Part shown: in pieces, positions 61,301-64,000 of the stretch
How the letters are laid out: each line of letters starts with the position of its first letter
How positions within the stretch are numbered: position 1 is the stretch's first letter
Assembly (NCBI GenBank): GCA_950097015.1
Contig: CATNEN010000002.1
Location: 1,550,001 to 1,614,000, forward strand
Direction: 5' to 3'
From: Macrostomum hystrix
Taxonomy: Eukaryota > Animalia > Platyhelminthes
Length of the DNA stretch: 64,000 nucleotides
Notes under the pieces: model-generated
Database searches by the model: none
What the model was told of the DNA's origin: nothing
Seen by the model: only the letters and a program-made list of their open reading frames with translations
Translations under genes and position numbers: made by a program

Positions 61301-63811
61301 TCTACGATGGCTCATCAGAGTGTTGGTCATTACCCTCTACAAATCTACAATGGCTCATCAGAGTGTTGATCATTATCCTCTACAAATCTACAATGGCTCA
61401 TCGGAGTGTTGGTCATTACCCTCTACAAATCTACAATTGCTCATCGGATTGTTGGTCATTACCCTCTACAAATCTACAACTGCTCATTGGAGTGTTGGTC
61501 ATTACCCTCTACAAATCTACAATTGCTCATCGGATTGTTGGTCATTACCCTCTACAAATCTACAACTGCTCATTGGAGTGTTGGTCATTACCCTCTACAA
61601 ATCTACAATTGCTCATCGGATTGTTGGTCATTACCCTCTACAAATCTACAACTGCTCATCGGAGTGTTGGTCATTACCCTCTACAAATCTACAATTGCTC
61701 ATCGGATTGTTGGTCATTACCCTCTACAAATCTACAACTGCTCATCGGAGTGTTGGTCATTACCCTCTACAAATCTACAATTGCTCATCGGATTGTTGGT
61801 CATTACCCTCTACAAATCTACAACTGCTCATTGGAGCGTTGGTCATTACCCTCTACAAATCTACAATTGCTCATCGGATTGTTGGTCATTACCCTCTACA
61901 AATCTACAACTGCTCATTGGAGTGTTGGTCATTACCCTCTACAAATCTACAATTGCTCATCGGATTGTTGGTCATTACCCTCTACAAATCTACAACTGCT
62001 CATCGGAGTGTTGGTCATTACCCTCTACAAATCTACAATTGCTCATCGGATTGTTGGTCAATACTCAAAGCTAGCTCACCATTTCTAGCAATGCTGCATT
62101 TCTCAAATTTCTCAGCTCTGCATGCTAGGCAGTGAGCAGCCGGTGACTGACAGTGCTCAAGTCCAGCCTCAGTGAAGGCTGGAGTAGCCATGAGCTCATC
62201 GGCTGCGGTCCTGTTAAACAGTCGCTTCAATAAGTCCGTGGACCAGTTGCAGTACAGAACATTCGGCGAGTAGTGCAGCTTGACGCCCAATTTTAACTGA
62301 AAATTTTCAAGTTTTTGTATAAAAAAATAAAAAAAAAATGAAATTATCCATCCTGCGACGTTTCACTCTCAAACTTTCGCATCTAGAAATGAAAGACCTC
62401 GACTCACATCGCTAACAGAATAAGGGTTGTAGTCGCCCAGATGACTGTACTTTGTGTACAGTGTGTTCTGAAAATTGACGGGATAATAATGTAATTGAAC
62501 GGTTAATATGGCGTCTTATTAATTATATTTTCTTTTGAGCAAATTTGCACATAATTGTCGGCCGATCCTTTAATTAAAATGCTTGCATTTCTAATGCTCA
62601 AAGTCATACAATCTTCTTAAATGAATAGGTACTTTTCGTAGCTAAGTAATAGTAATATATAAAATAGAAAATGATACTAATAACAATTTATTACATGCCA
62701 GAATTGGGCCAGATGTGCAGCCGACAGAACAGCCGCAGCTATTGAAGGCTGCGTACGGCTGTTCAGTCCATGGACTGGGGGATTGTAGTCTAGTGGGCAG
62801 AGCATCGGAATCGCAGCTTAAAGGTCAGGGGTTCGATCCTAGACTCCACTACTCGTAGAACAGTTTGAGTTCGATGTAAAGACACTTAACTCTTCGTTGC
62901 TTCAGTTCAGCCAGATGTGGGGTAATTGAGGGTAGGTGAGGCGTCCAACCAGTCCATGGACTGAACAGCCGTACGCCGCATTCAGATGCGCCGCGCAAAA
63001 GCTGCGTGTTATTATTTCAGTGGAGTCTAGAATCGAACTCCCGACGTTCAAGTCTGCTAGATATTCTAGATTAGGATCTAACTGTAACTCACCTGTTTGT
63101 GACACGGCGAAGTCAGCTTCCTGGTCATGTAGTGATCGCTGGCCAAATATGAAGGCGGGCAGGTGTACACAAACCTGTCAATCTTTTGCGGCGCTTCGCA
63201 TCCGATTCGCTGCAGCTCGCTGAAAACTCGACTTGCGCGCCGGAGACTGACTTTGTAGTGCAAGGGCACCGGCTGCCTGCGTGGGTCAGGGAGTACGGAG
63301 CTAGAGCTTGAGACAGGGGAGAGATGAGACAGGGGAGAGATAAGACAGGGGAGAGATGAGACAGGGGAGAGATGAGACAGGTGAGAGATGAGACAGGTGA
63401 GAGATGAGACAGGTGAGAGATGAGACAGGTGAGAGATGAGACAGGTGAGAGATGAGACAGGTGAGAGATGAGACTGGGGAGAGGGCGGAGTATGCTCTGT
63501 AGTGAGGCCAGAGGCCAGATTCAAAAGCTTCAAAGGCGAAATTTTCTCGCGTGCCTGATGTGGCTGACCCCTGGTCCATAGTTTAATGATTCCCAAAGTC
63601 ACCTGCAATACTTCTGCATAATCCTGGTGTAAGCCATTGGAGCCCGAAGGTGCGGCCACTTTATAGTATAATAACCAATCAGGTGAGCGAGGAATTCATT
63701 GTCTGAGCCGTCGCGTCCGTCAGCCTGCTGGTGCTCCTTATCGACGTAGGTCGGAATGAGGTTGGCATCTTTGACCCACAGGCGAACTTCGAGATCCGGA
63801 TGGCTCCCAGC
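47210..63811 (-). CDS. Large uncharacterised multi-pass membrane protein, 5'-partial (at least 1546 aa in the window)
   Basis: Phase-consistent GT-AG exons 63811-63603, 63300-63093, 62296-62080, 60488-60396, 59929-59180, about 57763-57498, 56914-56808, 56160-56009, 51240-50079, 49509-48696, 48589-48370 and 47652-47210 (4641 nt). Cys-rich and beta-rich N-terminal region, then about 5 hydrophobic segments. The acceptor of the 57.7k exon is uncertain. Confidence 0.78.
47831..47982. mobile_element. Truncated inverted copy of the 49605-49854 element
   Basis: About 92% identical by eye to the reverse complement of 49695-49846, including a 54-nt perfect run. Confidence 0.75.
49605..49854. mobile_element. 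MITE-like element, 250 bp, perfect 20-bp terminal inverted repeats
   Basis: TCCAAGGCACAGTGAGAGTG (49605-49624) and its exact reverse complement (49835-49854). No ORF; no TSD identified. Confidence 0.65.
51440..53470. repeat. 23-bp minisatellite (ATAAACTCAAGGAATCAGTCCAG)n
   Basis: About 88 copies; the AAGGAATC variant dominates the left part and AAACAATC the right. Confidence 0.97.
54605..55015. repeat. (CTGTCTCATCTCTCC)-type satellite, site 3
   Basis: Direct observation. Confidence 0.9.
55745..55897 (-). mobile_element. Diverged SINE copy
   Basis: ctgcgtacggctgt...cagtccatggactg...tgaagcaatgcagagtt...ctaaaggacacaaattgtt...ggaatcgaactcccgacctt. Confidence 0.78.
58915..59160. repeat. 18-bp minisatellite (GATCCCCATTCTAGTCAT)n
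   Basis: About 13 copies next to the donor at 59179. Confidence 0.92.
60760..62060. repeat. 43-bp minisatellite (TTGGTCATTACCCTCTACAAATCTACAATGGCTCATCAGAGTG)n with an 86-bp dimer sub-array
   Basis: About 30 copies; from about 61400 the units alternate between AATTGCTCATCGGATTG and AACTGCTCATYGGAGTG variants. Confidence 0.96.
62702..63075. mobile_element. Composite SINE: plus-strand copy (about 62783-63010) between the 3' part and the head of a minus-strand copy
   Basis: Minus body 62702-62780; plus head with A/B boxes (gtagtctagtgg, ggttcgatcc) and body; minus head (tggagtctagaatcgaactcccgac) at about 63017-63075. Confidence 0.72.
63310..63475. repeat. (GAGAGATGAGACAGG)-type satellite, site 4 (reverse orientation)
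   Basis: About 10 copies of a 17-bp unit abutting the acceptor at 63301. Confidence 0.9.
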
Positions 63812-64000
63812 CTGTGAAAAGTACCGGTTTTTGGTTTCGAAGAAATTCGTCAATTTTAGTTTGACTTTAATTTAAGTTACAATAGAATTAAATTTACCCA
63901 GACAAACTGTTTTGTAACGCCATTTCCGCTTATTGGCACCGCGTGAGAGCGCGACTTTGAAAAACTTTTTTCGTGAATCAAATTGCTGGAGTGTATCGAT

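Noticed and set aside
60760-62060. CRISPR-like regular 23-48 bp repeats (here and in other arrays)
   Set aside because: Units are head-to-tail with no unique spacers, there are no cas genes, and the context is eukaryotic introns.
63480-63602. Selenocysteine or read-through at TGA 63599-63601, or an extra exon (MDQGSATSG...)
   Set aside because: The TGA overlaps a GT donor (AG|gtgact) whose phase 2 matches the acceptor at 63300, so the segment is intronic.

Overview
Eukaryotic (metazoan) genomic DNA with spliceosomal introns; not prokaryotic, and no CRISPR. GC-rich exons, CAG tracts and minisatellite-filled introns suggest a rhabditophoran flatworm such as Macrostomum (inference only). Gene models were built by hand from phase-consistent splice sites. 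They are: complexin (-, 3 exons, 150 aa, CAAX end); a partial orphan gene ending at 9222 (-); an atypical RERG/RASL-like Ras GTPase (+, 4 exons, 308 aa); two tandem secreted C-type lectins with a C-terminal PAN-like domain (+, 2 exons each); a ClC-3/4/5-type Cl-/H+ exchanger (+, 8 exons, about 938 aa); cysteine string protein/DNAJC5 (-, 6 exons, 224 aa, one GC-AG intron); and a 5'-incomplete, >1500 aa unrecognised multi-pass membrane protein (-, 12 exons in the window). A tRNA-derived SINE family occurs in about 10 copies or fragments, and a MITE-like element in 2 copies. About 20 tandem arrays fill introns and UTRs. The most notable observations are minisatellites whose units are splice-site mimics or stem-loops on the transcribed strand, an inverted MITE pair flanking two exons, a nuclear-receptor-like palindrome array, gene-conversion-like homogenisation between the lectins, a local cluster of synaptic-vesicle genes, and the large orphan membrane protein.
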